A DNA stretch of 64,000 bases, from NCBI RefSeq assembly GCF_006345805.1, contig NC_043022.1, forward strand, positions 21,514,001 to 21,578,000. Direction: 5' to 3'. Below, piece after piece: positions 11,319-24,072 of the stretch; the stretch's first letter is position 1, and the number at the start of each line of letters is the position of its first letter. The DNA comes from Octopus sinensis (Eukaryota). Below the pieces are notes generated by a model. The model worked only from the letters and a program-made list of their open reading frames with translations, made no database searches and was not told the DNA's origin. The position numbers and the translations under genes were made by a program.

Positions 11319-11358
11319 TACTTGATTTATACCTGTGTTAAACTCCATTTATTTATTC

Positions 11359-11391
<33 letters not shown>

Positions 11392-11995
11392 CACACATAC
11401 ATACCTCTGTGTGTGTGTACACATATATATATATATGAAAGTTTACAAGAAGGCTAATTGGTATAATTTACATTAAAAAACTCATATACAAGCTTAGATA
11501 CATATATTAAGTTTATTTATAGCAACAATTATACACATTTATGTAAGTATACAACCACTTAGGCAAATAGATTCTCCCACACTTAGCCACAAATATCTAC
11601 ACAACACCAGATACATGCAACCCCACTCATAGACATACACATATATCTATATGTATAGAAAACAAAAGTACATATATACACATATATACAAATGTATACA
11701 CACTGTAAGCAAGTGTGCATATGCATACACACACAATGCATACATACATCTAAAAAAAACTCTTGATACAGACACAATATTTGAAAAAAGTTTGTTTTTA
11801 AATCAAAATTATTAATTATACAAAAATATCTTCAAAGAAGAAGATAAACACAAATCTTATGGAATAGAGGTGTGTGTGTGTGTGTGTGTGTGCGTGACAC
11901 ACTTCAGGTTGTTTTTTTCTTTTCTTGAGAAAACTTTGACCAAGACCAAAAGTCTAACAGGGGAAACAACAGAGGAAGTATGTGTAGATCCTTCT

Positions 11996-12159
11996 GGAGT
12001 GGCTGTGTGGTAAGTAGCTTGCTTACCAACCACATGGTTCCAGGTTCAGTCCCACTGTGTGGCATCTTGGGCAAGTGTCTTCTGCTGTAGCCTCGGGCCG
12101 ACCAATGCCTTGTGAGTGGATTTGGTAGACGGAAACTGAAAGAAGCCTGTCATATATAT

Positions 12160-12193
<34 letters not shown>

Positions 12194-12861
12194 ATATGTT
12201 TGTGTGTCTATGTTTGTCCCCCTAGCATTGCTTGACAACTGATGCTGGTGTGTTTACGTCCCCGTCACTTAGCGGTTCGGCAAAAGAGACCGATAGAATA
12301 AGTACTAGGCTTACAAAGAATAAGTACTAGGCTTACAAAGAATAAGTACTAGGCTTACAAAGAATAAGTACTAGGCTTACAAAGAATAAGTACTAGGCTT
12401 ACAAAGAATAAGTACTAGGCTTACAAAGAATAAGTACTAGGCTTACAAAGAATAAGTACTAGGCTTACAAAGAATAAGTACTAGGCTTACAAAGAATAAG
12501 TACTAGGCTTACAAAGAATAAGTACTAGGCTTACAAAGAATAAGTACTAGGCTTACAAGAATAAGTACTAGGCTTACAAAGAATAAGTACTAGGCTTACC
12601 AAAGAATAAGTACTAGGCTTACAAAGAATAAGTACTAGGCTTACAAAGAATAAGTACTAGGCTTACAAAGAATAAGTACTAGGCTTACAAAGAATAAGTA
12701 CTAGGCTTACAAAGAATAAGTACTAGGCTTACAAAGAATAAGTACTAGGCTTACAAAGAATAAGTACTAGGCTTACAAAGAATAAGTCCCGGGGTCGATT
12801 TGCTCATCTAAAGGCGGTGCTCCAGCATGGCCGCAGTCAAAGGACTGAAACAAGTAAAAGA
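11996..12861 (+). mobile_element. SINE family A carrying an internal 22-bp minisatellite
   Basis: Complete head and tail flank the array. Confidence 0.9.
12295..12787. repeat. 22 copies of AGAATAAGTACTAGGCTTACAA
   Basis: Near-identical units from 12295 to 12778, then the SINE resumes. Confidence 0.95.
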
Positions 12862-12894
12862 AAAAAAGAAAGAATATCCAAAGAGTGATGCATA

Positions 12895-13580
12895 CTGAGT
12901 TTCCAGTAACTGAGATGGTTTTCAAGAGTGGATAGTAACAAAAGTCATGTCATGCCAGCTCATATCTTTCCATGGGATCTTAGAATTAATGCTGGAGAAG
13001 GTCGTTAAGCTCTGGGTGAATGAAGTTCCATACATGAAGACCATACATGCTTCTACAAGACCCAGTGCCTACTCACAAAGACTATATAACCCAAGAATGG
13101 ATGTTAAACAATTTTTATGATTATTTAACCCCAAACTTGTGGTCTCCAGACTCAATCAGATTCAAATCCCATGGATTAATACGTAAGTAGCATTGGTGAA
13201 AGAGACTCTAATCAACAACATCATCATCATCATCATCATTGTTTAACGTCTGCTTTCCATGCTAGCATGGGTTGGACGGTTCGACTGGGGTCTGGGAAGC
13301 CAGGAGGCTGCACCAGGCCCAATCTGATCTGGTAGTGTTTCTACAGCTGGATGCTCTTCCTAAAGCCAACCACTCCGTGAGTGTAGTGGGTGCTTTTTAC
13401 GTGCCACCAGCACAGTGCCAGGCGAGGCCACGATCGGTTGCCGTTGTCAACATCTTTACAATATAACTTCACAGGAAGCCACAACTGTCCAAGTAATTCT
13501 AGAATGTAATTCAGGACCCTTTAGTGCAGGCATATCAATGATCCAAATCCAGCATTGAAGAGTAGTCATTGAAGACTCAC
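12895..13580 (+). mobile_element. Degenerate Tc1/mariner (maT/DD37D-like) transposase fragment, split by a family C SINE at about 13215-13445
   Basis: Frameshifted HVMPAHIFP, LEKVVKLWV and PYMLLQDPVPTHK..TQEWM..NF..TPNLWSPDS motifs. Confidence 0.75.
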
Positions 13581-15269
13581 ATGGGAGAGATCCCTTTTCT
13601 TCGAATAATTCTCCACATTTAGTAGCCTTTCATAGTTGCTCTTCTATGCCTCTTTCTTTTCAGAATCCCTTAAGTGCAAGTATACTATTATCCGTCCATT
13701 TACACTTCTCTCCACAACATCTTGATTTCCTCTAACAGCCTATGAACTTTTCAGCTAACCCTTGTATGTCTCTTCTTCTTTCGTGTGTGTATGTGTGTGT
13801 GTATGTGTATGTGTGTGTGTGTGTGTAGATAGATAGATAGATAAATAGATACACAGATAAATAGATAGATATACAGATACATACATAGAGAGAGAGAGAC
13901 AGACAGACAGACTCACACACACACACACGCACGCAAAGCAAGACATATATAAACTATTCCTTAAATGGAGGAGATTTTTTTTTTCAAAAAATGGGGGGAA
14001 AAACAAAAATAAAGAGAAAATATAAGTAAAAGCAAAGGTTTTTTTGTTTTTTTTTAAATGGAAGGAAAAAACCTAATCAGAACATTGCTTTATTATTACT
14101 AAAATATATAAATAAAACAACACCACCACCACCATCATCCTTATTATCAACACCACCACCATCACCATCATCATCATCATCATCATCACCACCAGCACCA
14201 AATGAAAGAACACATCAGTTGAGAGTTTTGATCATACGGAAAGTCCTAATTTAATCTACTAGCAATAACGGTTATTTCTTTCTTCAGGCTAGTGAGCAAA
14301 CAGTCATCAAATTCCATCACAATGATCATCACCACCAATTTTATTGCTTTTCGCGCGGGCAGGGGGGGGGGCGCTGGTACTTGCCATTTTTATTTCACAT
14401 CCTTTTTACTACTAGGTCTCAGTTTTTATTACTAATTTTATTTCGCTTTTTTTTTATTTTCGTGGTTGTATTTCATTTTCTTTCTCTTCCTCCCTGTGTT
14501 TTTACTGTATGTAAAGTCCTGGAGATATTGATTTTTTAAACATCGGTATTGATAATGAATTTGCTCTCCTTATAAAATGATATCGAAATATTGGTACGCG
14601 TACCAAATACGTCTGCCTTATGTAAAGTGATTTCTAACAATAGTCAGGTACCGAGGGATGCAAGAACGGCTGTACAGTTTATCTTTCACTAGTTTCAGTC
14701 ATTAGACTGAGGCCATGCTGGGGCACTGCCTTGAAGAATTTCGGTCAAACAAATCGATTCCAGTACTGGGCATTGTTTGTAAACCCTGAAATTTATTCTA
14801 TTTGTCCCTTTTGCTGAACTGCTAAGTTGCAGGGATGTAAACACACCAATGCCAGTTGTCAAGACACAAACATAGACACAAAGACAAACACATACATACA
14901 TATATACATATTTTTTTATTCTTTTACTTGTTTCAGTCATTTGGCAGCGACCATGCTGGAGCACTGCCTTTAGTCAAACAAATCAACCCCAGGATTCATT
15001 CTTTGTCTATGTGTATATATATATATATAATATATAAAATATATATATAATATATAATAATAATGTATATATATATATTATATATATATATGTATTTTAT
15101 ATTTTCTTTTCGTAACATATTTCTACTATATATATATATATATATACCTGATAATTTCTTAAGATTCCTTATTAAGAAGTTATCCTTAATTGTTAAATTA
15201 TATATATATATATATATATATACATATATAAGTAAAATACCTAGTTACAAAACCTCAAGAAGAGATAGG

Positions 15270-15395
15270 TTAGTACCTACAGCCCTCACAAGCCATTCAT
15301 CAATGCCTAGTTTCCTAGGGGACCAATCAATTACTGAATGTAGGACCCAGACAAAACACCTTCGCAAAGTCAACGAATGCAGGTATAGTGCATTA
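15270..15395 (-). mobile_element. RTE reverse-transcriptase fragment
   Basis: AFVDFAKVF and W-PRKLGIDEWLVRAV motifs, frameshifted. Confidence 0.75.
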
Positions 15396-15811
15396 TTGCA
15401 TTGTGTATAGGTTATACACACACATACACACATACATACACCTCCATTCATGCCCATGCATGCGAGTGTATATTAAGTAACAAGTCTCTACTAATGCATT
15501 GTTATACCATTTGCTAATGTTTACAAGACTCTTGTGGTGCAAGAGTAGTAGAGTTGCTTACAGACAGCTTGTTCAGAATCAGCCTCAGTGATTTGTTTAC
15601 AGTGTCACAAAAACTATTATGGTGTACTTGAGTTTGTTTACTTAGATTGTGTACATGTACGGGTGCACATATACGCTTGCTTATGAGTGAGTAAGTCGAC
15701 TGTTAACTATGTGCATGTGTGCATGTGCGTGTGTGTTTACTTTTGTTTTGGTGTGCGAATATGTATGTTTGTGTTTAAGACTGCTATGACATGTATGTGT
15801 TATGAATGTGC

Positions 15812-15814
<3 letters not shown>

Positions 15815-15852
<38 letters not shown>

Positions 15853-16260
15853 TATTATTATTATTATTATCATTATTATTATCATTATTATTATTATGAT
15901 TATTATTATTATTATTATTATGATTATTATTATTATTATGATGATTATTATTGTTATTATTATCATTATTATTATTATTATGATTATTATTATTATCATT
16001 ATTATTATTATTATTATGATTATGATTATTATTATTATTATATTATTATTATGATTATTATTATTATTATTCTATTATATTATTATTATTAGATTATTAT
16101 TATTATTATTATATGATTATTATTGATTATATTATTATCATTATCATTATTATCATTATTATTATTATTATTATTATGATTATTATTATATTATTATTAT
16201 TATTATTATTATTACTATTATTATTATATTATTATTGTATTATTATTATTATTATGATTA
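15815..16260. repeat. (TTA)n microsatellite
   Basis: Source of the poly-Ile/Tyr/Leu ORFs. Confidence 0.95.
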
Positions 16261-16479
16261 AATATATGCTAATGATTGCATGTATGTGTTTATGTGAGTG
16301 CCATTGTTATGATGTATGTGTATTTATTTACCATGTGATTAATGTGTGTATGTATGTTTTGTGCGTGTGTTTTGTTTCACAAAATATTTCACGTTAGTTT
16401 TTGTTTTGTTTTTGCTCTTTCATTGTATTTTCTTTGTTGTGTTTGTGTAGTTTTTGTAGGCATCTAACTGTATATGTGT

Positions 16480-16780
16480 GTATATATATATTATATATAT
16501 ATATATATATACATTATATATATATATATATATTATATATATAAATGCATATATATATATATATATATAGTATATATATATATATATATATTATATATTA
16601 CATGCATATATATATATATAATATATAATATATATATATATATAATATAATATATATATATATACATACATATATATATATATATACATACATATAATAT
16701 ATATACATACATATATATATATAACATTATTAATATATATATATATATATATAATATATATATTATATATATATATATAT

Positions 16781-16849
<69 letters not shown>

Positions 16850-16854
16850 TGTAT

Positions 16855-16885
<31 letters not shown>

Positions 16886-17004
16886 GCATGATATATATAT
16901 AATTATATTATATATATATATATATGCATGTATATATATATATATATATATAATATATATATATATGCATGTATAATATATATTATATATATGTATGTAT
17001 ATGC

Positions 17005-17057
<53 letters not shown>

Positions 17058-17113
17058 TGTATATATAATATATATTATATATATGCATGTATATATATAT
17101 ATATATATGTATG

Positions 17114-17145
<32 letters not shown>

Positions 17146-17190
17146 GCATGTATATATATATATATTATATATATATATTATATATATATG
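16480..17190. repeat. (TA)n tract with interspersed ATGCAT units
   Basis: About 700 bp of TA dinucleotide. Confidence 0.95.
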
Positions 17191-17511
17191 ACACACACAC
17201 TGCACACATATACACAACATGTTATGCCTCAAGCAAGCTGAACAAAACCTTGCCAAGCTAGTGTATTATAAGTATGTAATACAAAAAAAAAAAACAGAGT
17301 GCTGAGAGTGTCAGACAGAATGGCTCGGCAGCGTTGTCCCAGCTTTCTGCACACTGAGCCCAAACCCTGCTAAGGTCAACTCAGCCTGTTCTTCATCTAG
17401 AAGCTGATAAATAAAATTACAAGTCCAGGATGGCAGATTATTAGAACAGTTAGCACATCAAGCAATGCTTTACACTATTTGTGTTGCAATATCTTTTCTC
17501 GCTCCTTATAT

Positions 17512-17915
17512 TACTCTTTTTACTCTTTTACTTGTTTTAGTCATTTGACTGTGGCCATGATGGAGCACCGCCTTTAGTCGAGGAAATCGACCCCAGGACT
17601 TATTCTTTTGGAAGCCTAGTACTTATTCTATCGGTCTCTTTTGCCGAACCGCTAAGTTACGGGGACGTAAACACATCAGCATCGGTTGTCAAGCGATGTT
17701 GGAGGGGACAAAAACAGACACACAAACACACACGCACACATATATATATACATATATACGACAGATTTCTTTCACTTTCCGTCTACCAAATCCACTCACA
17801 AGGCTTTGGTCGGCCCGAGGCTATAGTAGAAGACACTTGCCCAAGATGCCATGCAGTGGGACTGAACCCGGAACCATGTGGTTGGTAAGTAAGCTACTTA
17901 CCACACAGCCACTCC
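17512..17915 (-). mobile_element. SINE family A
   Basis: Full bipartite copy. Confidence 0.9.
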
Positions 17916-18090
17916 TATTGTAAATTTCAATTCCATCTAGGAGTTCAATTCCTACTGATAGCTAGGGCAAATCATCCAGCCATGGGATTAAAATTGTTTA
18001 CAAATCTTGCAATAGGAAGAGTGTGGGTGTCTGCCACAGCCATGAACAATGAGGCATGGCTGTGTAGTAAGATGTTTGCCTCCCCACCCA

Positions 18091-18381
18091 GCTTATTCCC
18101 CAGACCTTCCTCCTACCGACTACCAATTTTCCAAGCACCTTGATGGTTTCCTGAGAGAGAAAGCATTCAAAAATCAAACTGATGCTGAAAGTGCGTTCAA
18201 AAGAGTCCATCAGCTCCAGAACTCCAGATTTTTATTACAGGAATAAACAAACTTCTAACTCATTGGCAAAAATGTTTTGATTGTAATGGTACTGACTTTT
18301 ATGGATAAAATTTCCGCATTGTTGAAATATATTGTGATGAATTTCATGTTTGAAAACATTGCTTATTTTTTACTCAGCCTG

Positions 18382-18385
<4 letters not shown>
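18091..18385 (+). mobile_element. mariner (DD34D) transposase C-terminal fragment with right TIR
   Basis: PHPAYSPDLPPTDYQFSKHLDGFL motif, frameshifted GINKL..HWQKC, ending at TA. Confidence 0.85.
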
Positions 18386-18418
<33 letters not shown>

Positions 18419-18519
18419 CATGTATGTATGTAAATAGGTATATAAATGAATGACTTCAGTTGTGCGGTGATTATGCTCATTTGCAACCATCGTATGAGGA
18501 CTAGGCAAGGGTATAATAT

Positions 18520-18850
18520 ATCCTTGTGTGTCCTTCATTATTAGTAAGACCCGAAGAAAAGAACGCAGGTCAACCCCCAGCACTGAGAGCATCAACGGCT
18601 GGATGAATGCGCATCCAGGCTCAGCGGTTGCGTAGGAAGTCAGGGACAGGAAACAGGAAGAAAGAGTGAGAGAAAGTTGGGGCGAAACAGTACAACAAGG
18701 GGTTGCCACCACTCCTTGCCGGAGCCTCATGGAGCTTTAAGTGTTTTCGCTCAATAAACACACACAACGCCCAGTCTGGGAATCGAAACCGCGATCCTCC
18801 GACCGCGAGTCCGCTGCCCTAACCACTGGGCCATTGTGCCGCCTCCACTG
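18520..18850 (-). mobile_element. SINE family E, different 3' tail
   Basis: Head and body match 9128-9305; tail differs. Confidence 0.8.
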
Positions 18851-19336
18851 CTGTTGCTGATGATGACAATGCAGTGGTGGTGGTGGTTTTGACGGCAGCA
18901 GCAGGTGTCAGCAACAGCAGCAAGGTGGTGGCAGAGGGGGTTGAGACATGGTGACAGAGATGTAGCTAGCATGGATGATTAACATAAGAACAGAAAATAA
19001 TGACAATACCAACAATTATTACAATGTGCCACCAGCTACCAATCACACACACACACACAATACACACTTCATAATTTATGCAAAGGAATAACAATATCCA
19101 CAAATTAGTAATTGTGGTGTTTCCCATAAATTTTTGCTTTTTTTTTTTTTTTTTTTTGTCAGATAGCTATTTACTTATTACTGTCAGTTTAACGAGATTC
19201 AAAGATCTAATCACTTCACTATTCATTTAAGATAGTTATGTGTATGTACATGCATAAGTTTCTCTTCTACTCTCCTCTCAAATCTATTTCTTCTCTTCTC
19301 TGCATGTAGATGCATATGCACACACACCACACACAC

Positions 19337-19372
19337 TAGCAGATGTTGGTGGGTTTTTTTCTGCAATGCTGT
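19337..19372 (-). CDS. Candidate 36-nt frame-preserving cassette exon (phase 1: xSIAEKNPPTSA)
   Basis: tccttctttatctggcag|ACAGCA...TCTGCTA|gtgtgt. Donor is only moderate. Confidence 0.2.
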
Positions 19373-19489
19373 CTGCCAGATAAAGAAGGATTACAAATAG
19401 CAAAACTGTATGGTGGAACATACACCGCCAACAAATCACCATGGAGAAATGGATGCATAATAATGATGATAATGGTATGAATGAATGGA

Positions 19490-19690
19490 GGAAAGGTTTG
19501 AAAAGTTCCTGGCTTTAGGTAAAAGAAAATATAGGAGGATCAGTTGTCATGATTTTATTCAACATATTCCCCTCTCAAACTCACACTTATTGCAGCCACC
19601 ATTCAGTTTTCCTAAGCTGTATAAAAGAACTCAGAGGGACTGGCCTCCAACCAGACCTTTTGCGATATCCTTAAAGTCGGGATCTTTTTA
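19490..19690 (+). mobile_element. mariner-type non-autonomous end fragment
   Basis: TTTGAAAAGTTCCTGG TIR-like start; recalled similarity only. Confidence 0.5.
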
Positions 19691-20160
19691 GCATGTCCTC
19701 ATATATATGTATAGACCTTCACACACACACACACACAGCATACAAACGTGTTAGTTTGTGTATTAATGTGTGTGTTGTGTTAAAGACAATGCTTTGTTCT
19801 AGATTTAAAATTTTTGGAGGATCTTTTTATATTTTCTTACAAGTCCCTTACAGTTCACTTTAAACAATAAAGTCCTGAAATCCATCATCATCATTAACAT
19901 TTCTAGATGAGATTATATGAGTCTAGAAACATTGACGATTATGATTCCATGTAGTTTGGCAAAAGAGACCAACAGAATAAGTACTAGGCTTACAAAGAAT
20001 AAGTCCTGGGGTCAATTTCTTAAACAAAAACCTTTTAAGGTGGTGCCCAAGCATGGCCACAGTCAAAATGACTGAAACATGTACAAGAATAAAAGTACGT
20101 ACGTACGTACATACATACATACATACATACATACATACATACATACATACATACATACAT

Positions 20161-20192
<32 letters not shown>

Positions 20193-20771
20193 ATAAGAAA
20201 ACTAACAAAAACACAGCAAAGTAATTGGATGCCAACAAAGAATATATAGTAAAAATAAAAGAAAACAAAAAAAAAATAATCATTCTGTTTTTAGTGTATA
20301 AATAAATTACACGTACGCACATAACTTACGTGTGTGTGTGTGTGTAAGGTATATATAATACATATTATGCAACACATTGTTAACAAATATATGAAAATAT
20401 CAAATTTAATGAAGGTGGAAGACAAGCAGAGACTGATTCTTGTTGTTTTGTAATTTAAGACTGATGTTTTCTTCCTCCTCCAGGGCTGGAAGCAAAGATT
20501 GTGAATTAAAACTTTATACAGAAAGTAATTAAAAGTAAAACACTGGAATCCAAAGAAACCACTGTTTTGGTGTTGCTAAATCTTAATGCAAAGAGTTCAG
20601 GCGGTAGAATAAATTTTGTACCAAGAGGAAGAAGAGAAGTCTTGTATTTCAAGCAGAAACCATTGCGGAAGAGAGATGAAAAGATGAAATGAGTGAAGTG
20701 ATTGCTAGAACAAAGCAATTGCACAAGAATCAAAAGTATTGAGAGCTTCTTATTTTTTCCATATACTATTG

Positions 20772-21213
20772 GGTGCCTAGAGGCATTTCATGTGTCTTTA
20801 CTTTCTGAGTTCAAATTCTGAAGGCACATGGCTCAGTGGTTAGAGCGTCGAGCTTACGATCGTGAGGTTGTGAGCTCGAATCCCGGTACCTAGAAGCATT
20901 TCATGCGTCTTTACTTTCTGAGTTCAAATTCTGAAGGCACATGGCTCAGTGGTTAGAGCGTCGAGCTTACGATCGCGAGGTTGTGAGCTCGAATCCCGGT
21001 ACCTAGAGGCATTTCATGCGTCTTTACTTTCTGAGTTCAAATTCTGAAGGCACATGGCTCAGTGGTTAGAGCGTCGAAATTACGATCGTGAGGTTGTGAG
21101 CTCGAATCCCGGACCGGGTTGCGTGTTGTGTTCTTGAGCAAGACACTTTATTTCACGTTGCTCCAGTTAACTCAGCTGTAGAAATGAGTTGCGACGTCAC
21201 AGGTGCCAAGCTG
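20772..21213 (+). mobile_element. SINE family D with its tRNA-like head triplicated in 113-bp units
   Basis: Units at 20772, 20885 and 20998; body follows only the third unit. Homologue at 43530-43862 (-). Confidence 0.9.
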
Positions 21214-21354
21214 AACTGCCACACAGATGATTTGTTTATAATGATCAAATGTATGTGTTGTGTATTAGCTCAGTCCCTCCCTCCATCAAATCAACGTTGC
21301 CCGAACAGGTGCACAATGTGATACACGTCAGATGATGGAATGATTGCAGAGCAA

Positions 21355-21962
21355 CGGCGTGGTAGTGTGGTAAGAAGTTTGCTTCCCAACCACATAATTC
21401 CAGATTCAGTCCAACAGTGTAACACCTTGAACAGGTGTCTTCTATTATAGCCTTGAACCGACCAAAGACTTGCGAGTGGATTTGATAGACAGAAACTGAA
21501 AGAAGCCCATCATATATTATATATAAAGGGAAAGTTTACGAAAATAAACAAAAGACGAAGGCAGGTGGAGTACAAACAAACAAATGTATTAGTATAGCGC
21601 TCAGGAACAGAAAAAGTCTTTTACGTTTTGAGCCTACGCTCTTCGACAGAAATATACACAAAAAAAAACAAGGGGAGAAATAAGGAGAGAGAAAAAATGC
21701 GTGTAGGAGCTAACGATATATATATATATATATAAATATGCATGTGCGTGAATGTATATCTTTGTGTCTGTGTTTGTCCCCCACCACCATTTGACAACTG
21801 GTTTTGGCATGTTTACATCCCCATAACTTAGCAGTTCAGCAAAAGAGACCAACAGAATAAGTACCAGGCTTTACAAAAAGTAAGTACTGGGGTCGACAAA
21901 ACATTCTTCAAGGCGGTGCCCCAGCATGGCCGCAGTCTGATGACTGAAACAAGTAAAAGATA
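21355..21962 (+). mobile_element. SINE family A with a Penelope-like remnant (about 21520-21715) inserted in its central TA tract
   Basis: 5' half at 21355-21520, 3' half at 21740-21962. Confidence 0.75.
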
Positions 21963-21966
21963 CAAG

Positions 21967-22029
<63 letters not shown>

Positions 22030-22030
<1 letters not shown>

Positions 22031-22230
22031 TAATCCAAACATGAAAACACAAACAGAACACACAACAACGCGAGGACGTGGAACAGTATAGTATTATTGG
22101 ACGCTCAGGAAAGAAGGAAAGAAGAAGGGTTTAGCGTTTCAAGCGGAGGTCTTTGTCAGAAACATAGGAAATGGAAAGATCCAAAGAAGGGAAGACGGAG
22201 GAAAAAAATCGCCAACGGTACACACACGGT
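22030..22230 (-). mobile_element. Penelope-like pLTR remnant with degenerate hammerhead
   Basis: GTTT CTGACAA AGACCTCCGCTT GAAA CGCTA AACC. Paralogue at 22790-22980. Confidence 0.6.
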
Positions 22231-22375
22231 CATATATATATATATTATATTAAATTAGAGATAAAACCACTATTAGGCAAATCAAACAATGAAAAACTTA
22301 AGCCAATACATAAAATTAATTAATTTATATTATTTTAAATATATATCAAAAGTATTAAAAGTTTAATAAAAGATA

Positions 22376-22419
<44 letters not shown>

Positions 22420-22780
22420 AAAGCACCGTCCGTTCGTGGCCGGTTGCCAGCTCTGTCTGGCCCCATGTCGGTGGCACGTAAAAGCACCATCCGTTCGTGT
22501 CCGTTGCCAGCATCGCCTGGCCCTGTGCCGGTGACACGTAAAAGCACCATCCGTTTGTGGCCGTTCGCCAGCTCTGTCTGGCACCTGTGCAGGTGGCACA
22601 TAAAAAACACCCACTACACTCGCGGAGTGGTTGGCGTTAGGAAGGGCATCCAGCCGTAGAAACACTGCCAGATCTGACTGGGCCTGACGAAGCCTTCCAG
22701 CTTCACAGACCCCAGTTGACCCGTCCAACCCATGCTAGCATGGAAAACGGACGCTAAACGATGATGATGATGATGATGAT
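22420..22780 (+). mobile_element. SINE-like family C with about 4 tandem GC-rich units
   Basis: Repeated GGCACGTAAAAGCACCATCCG units, then body and (GAT)n tail. Confidence 0.85.
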
Positions 22781-22884
22781 GATAACTAATAAAAGAAAAA
22801 CAGAAAAACACAAGAAAAAACAACAATGCGAGGACATGGAATATGCAAAGTATTAATAAGGTGTTCAGGGAAGAAAAGAAAGAG

Positions 22885-22921
22885 TGCTTTACGTTTCAAG
22901 CAAAGCTCTTCTTCAGAAACA
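22885..22921 (-). ncRNA. Minimal type I hammerhead ribozyme motif
   Basis: TGTTT CTGAAGA A GAGC TTT GCTT GAAA CG TA^AAGCA. Core intact; stem III reduced to palindromic ACGT. Confidence 0.6.
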
Positions 22922-23470
22922 GGAAATAGAGGAAAGTCCAAACGAAAAGGAAGACGGGGAAAAAAGATTGCCAACAATCCACACCCATATATATTCTAAA
23001 ATTGAGGCTGATAGTCTGGAAAATTGTAATCTGACTAACAATAACTCGTTTCAAACATTTAGACATTTCATCAAAGTATTTCTTTCTTTGGCAAAAGCTA
23101 AAATTCATAAGAATGTATTATTACTGGCATCAATGAAGTAAACTTGTTAACCACTCAGAAATGCCTTGCATGCACCCCCCCACACAAACACACACAACAC
23201 ACACATATATATATATATTGTGTGTGTGTAAGAATATGTAGTGTGTTTGTATACAAAGAAAGATAGAAAGAGGGAGAGAGGGGGAGTGAGAGAGAGAGAG
23301 ACACACACACGCATACACATATACACACCACACATGCACACATATACATATTTATAAAAATACACCTATGCACACATACAGATATATACACCTGTATCGT
23401 AGGTGTGTGTGTGTATGTCTGTGTGTGTCTATGTCTGTATGTATCTAGCTATCAATGCATACATACATGT

Positions 23471-23551
<81 letters not shown>

Positions 23552-23556
<5 letters not shown>

Positions 23557-23950
23557 AGTAAGTAAAAATTCCATAGTGTACCAAACGCAAATTATGAGCA
23601 CACAAGAGGTGCAGTGGAATCCCAGGAAGTTCAACAAAGAAAGTAGACTGTATATGTGGAAAATGCACAGGAACAATAAACATTAAGTGTGTTCACAGGA
23701 AATGGATTTTTACAAATACCCAGGAGGATCCGCAAATGTCATAGATAACTTCTATTACCTAAGTAACACAATTAGCGGTAGAGGAGGATTTTCTGAAAGC
23801 ATAGTAGTTAGAGTGAGAACAAGCCACAGAAAGTTCAGAGAGGTATTATCTTAGTTGGTAACAAATGGCTTCTCTTTCAGAGTGGAAGGCAGATTGTATG
23901 ATGCATCTGAGATATGGACCTTGAACACAAATGAAACTATAGTTCTGCAG
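23552..23950 (+). mobile_element. Old RTE LINE fragment
   Basis: Degenerate GVSKNSI..., NFYYLSNTISGRGG.SESIV.RV, KFRE.L and GRLYDA..ETW motifs. Confidence 0.7.
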
Positions 23951-24072
23951 GTATAATGGGTGTAAACACAAAGCTCCCCTTATGTAGTCTCCCCTATCAT
24001 GCCTTCCCCACTACCCCACATCTCCCTATTCTTGGTCTTCTCGTGATAGTATCAGACTGCTGAAATTAAATA

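Noticed and set aside
15784-17261. Long poly-Ile/Tyr ORFs
   Set aside because: Translations of (TTA)n and (TA)n microsatellites; the same applies to 557-1168, 32123-32700 and 40181-40606.
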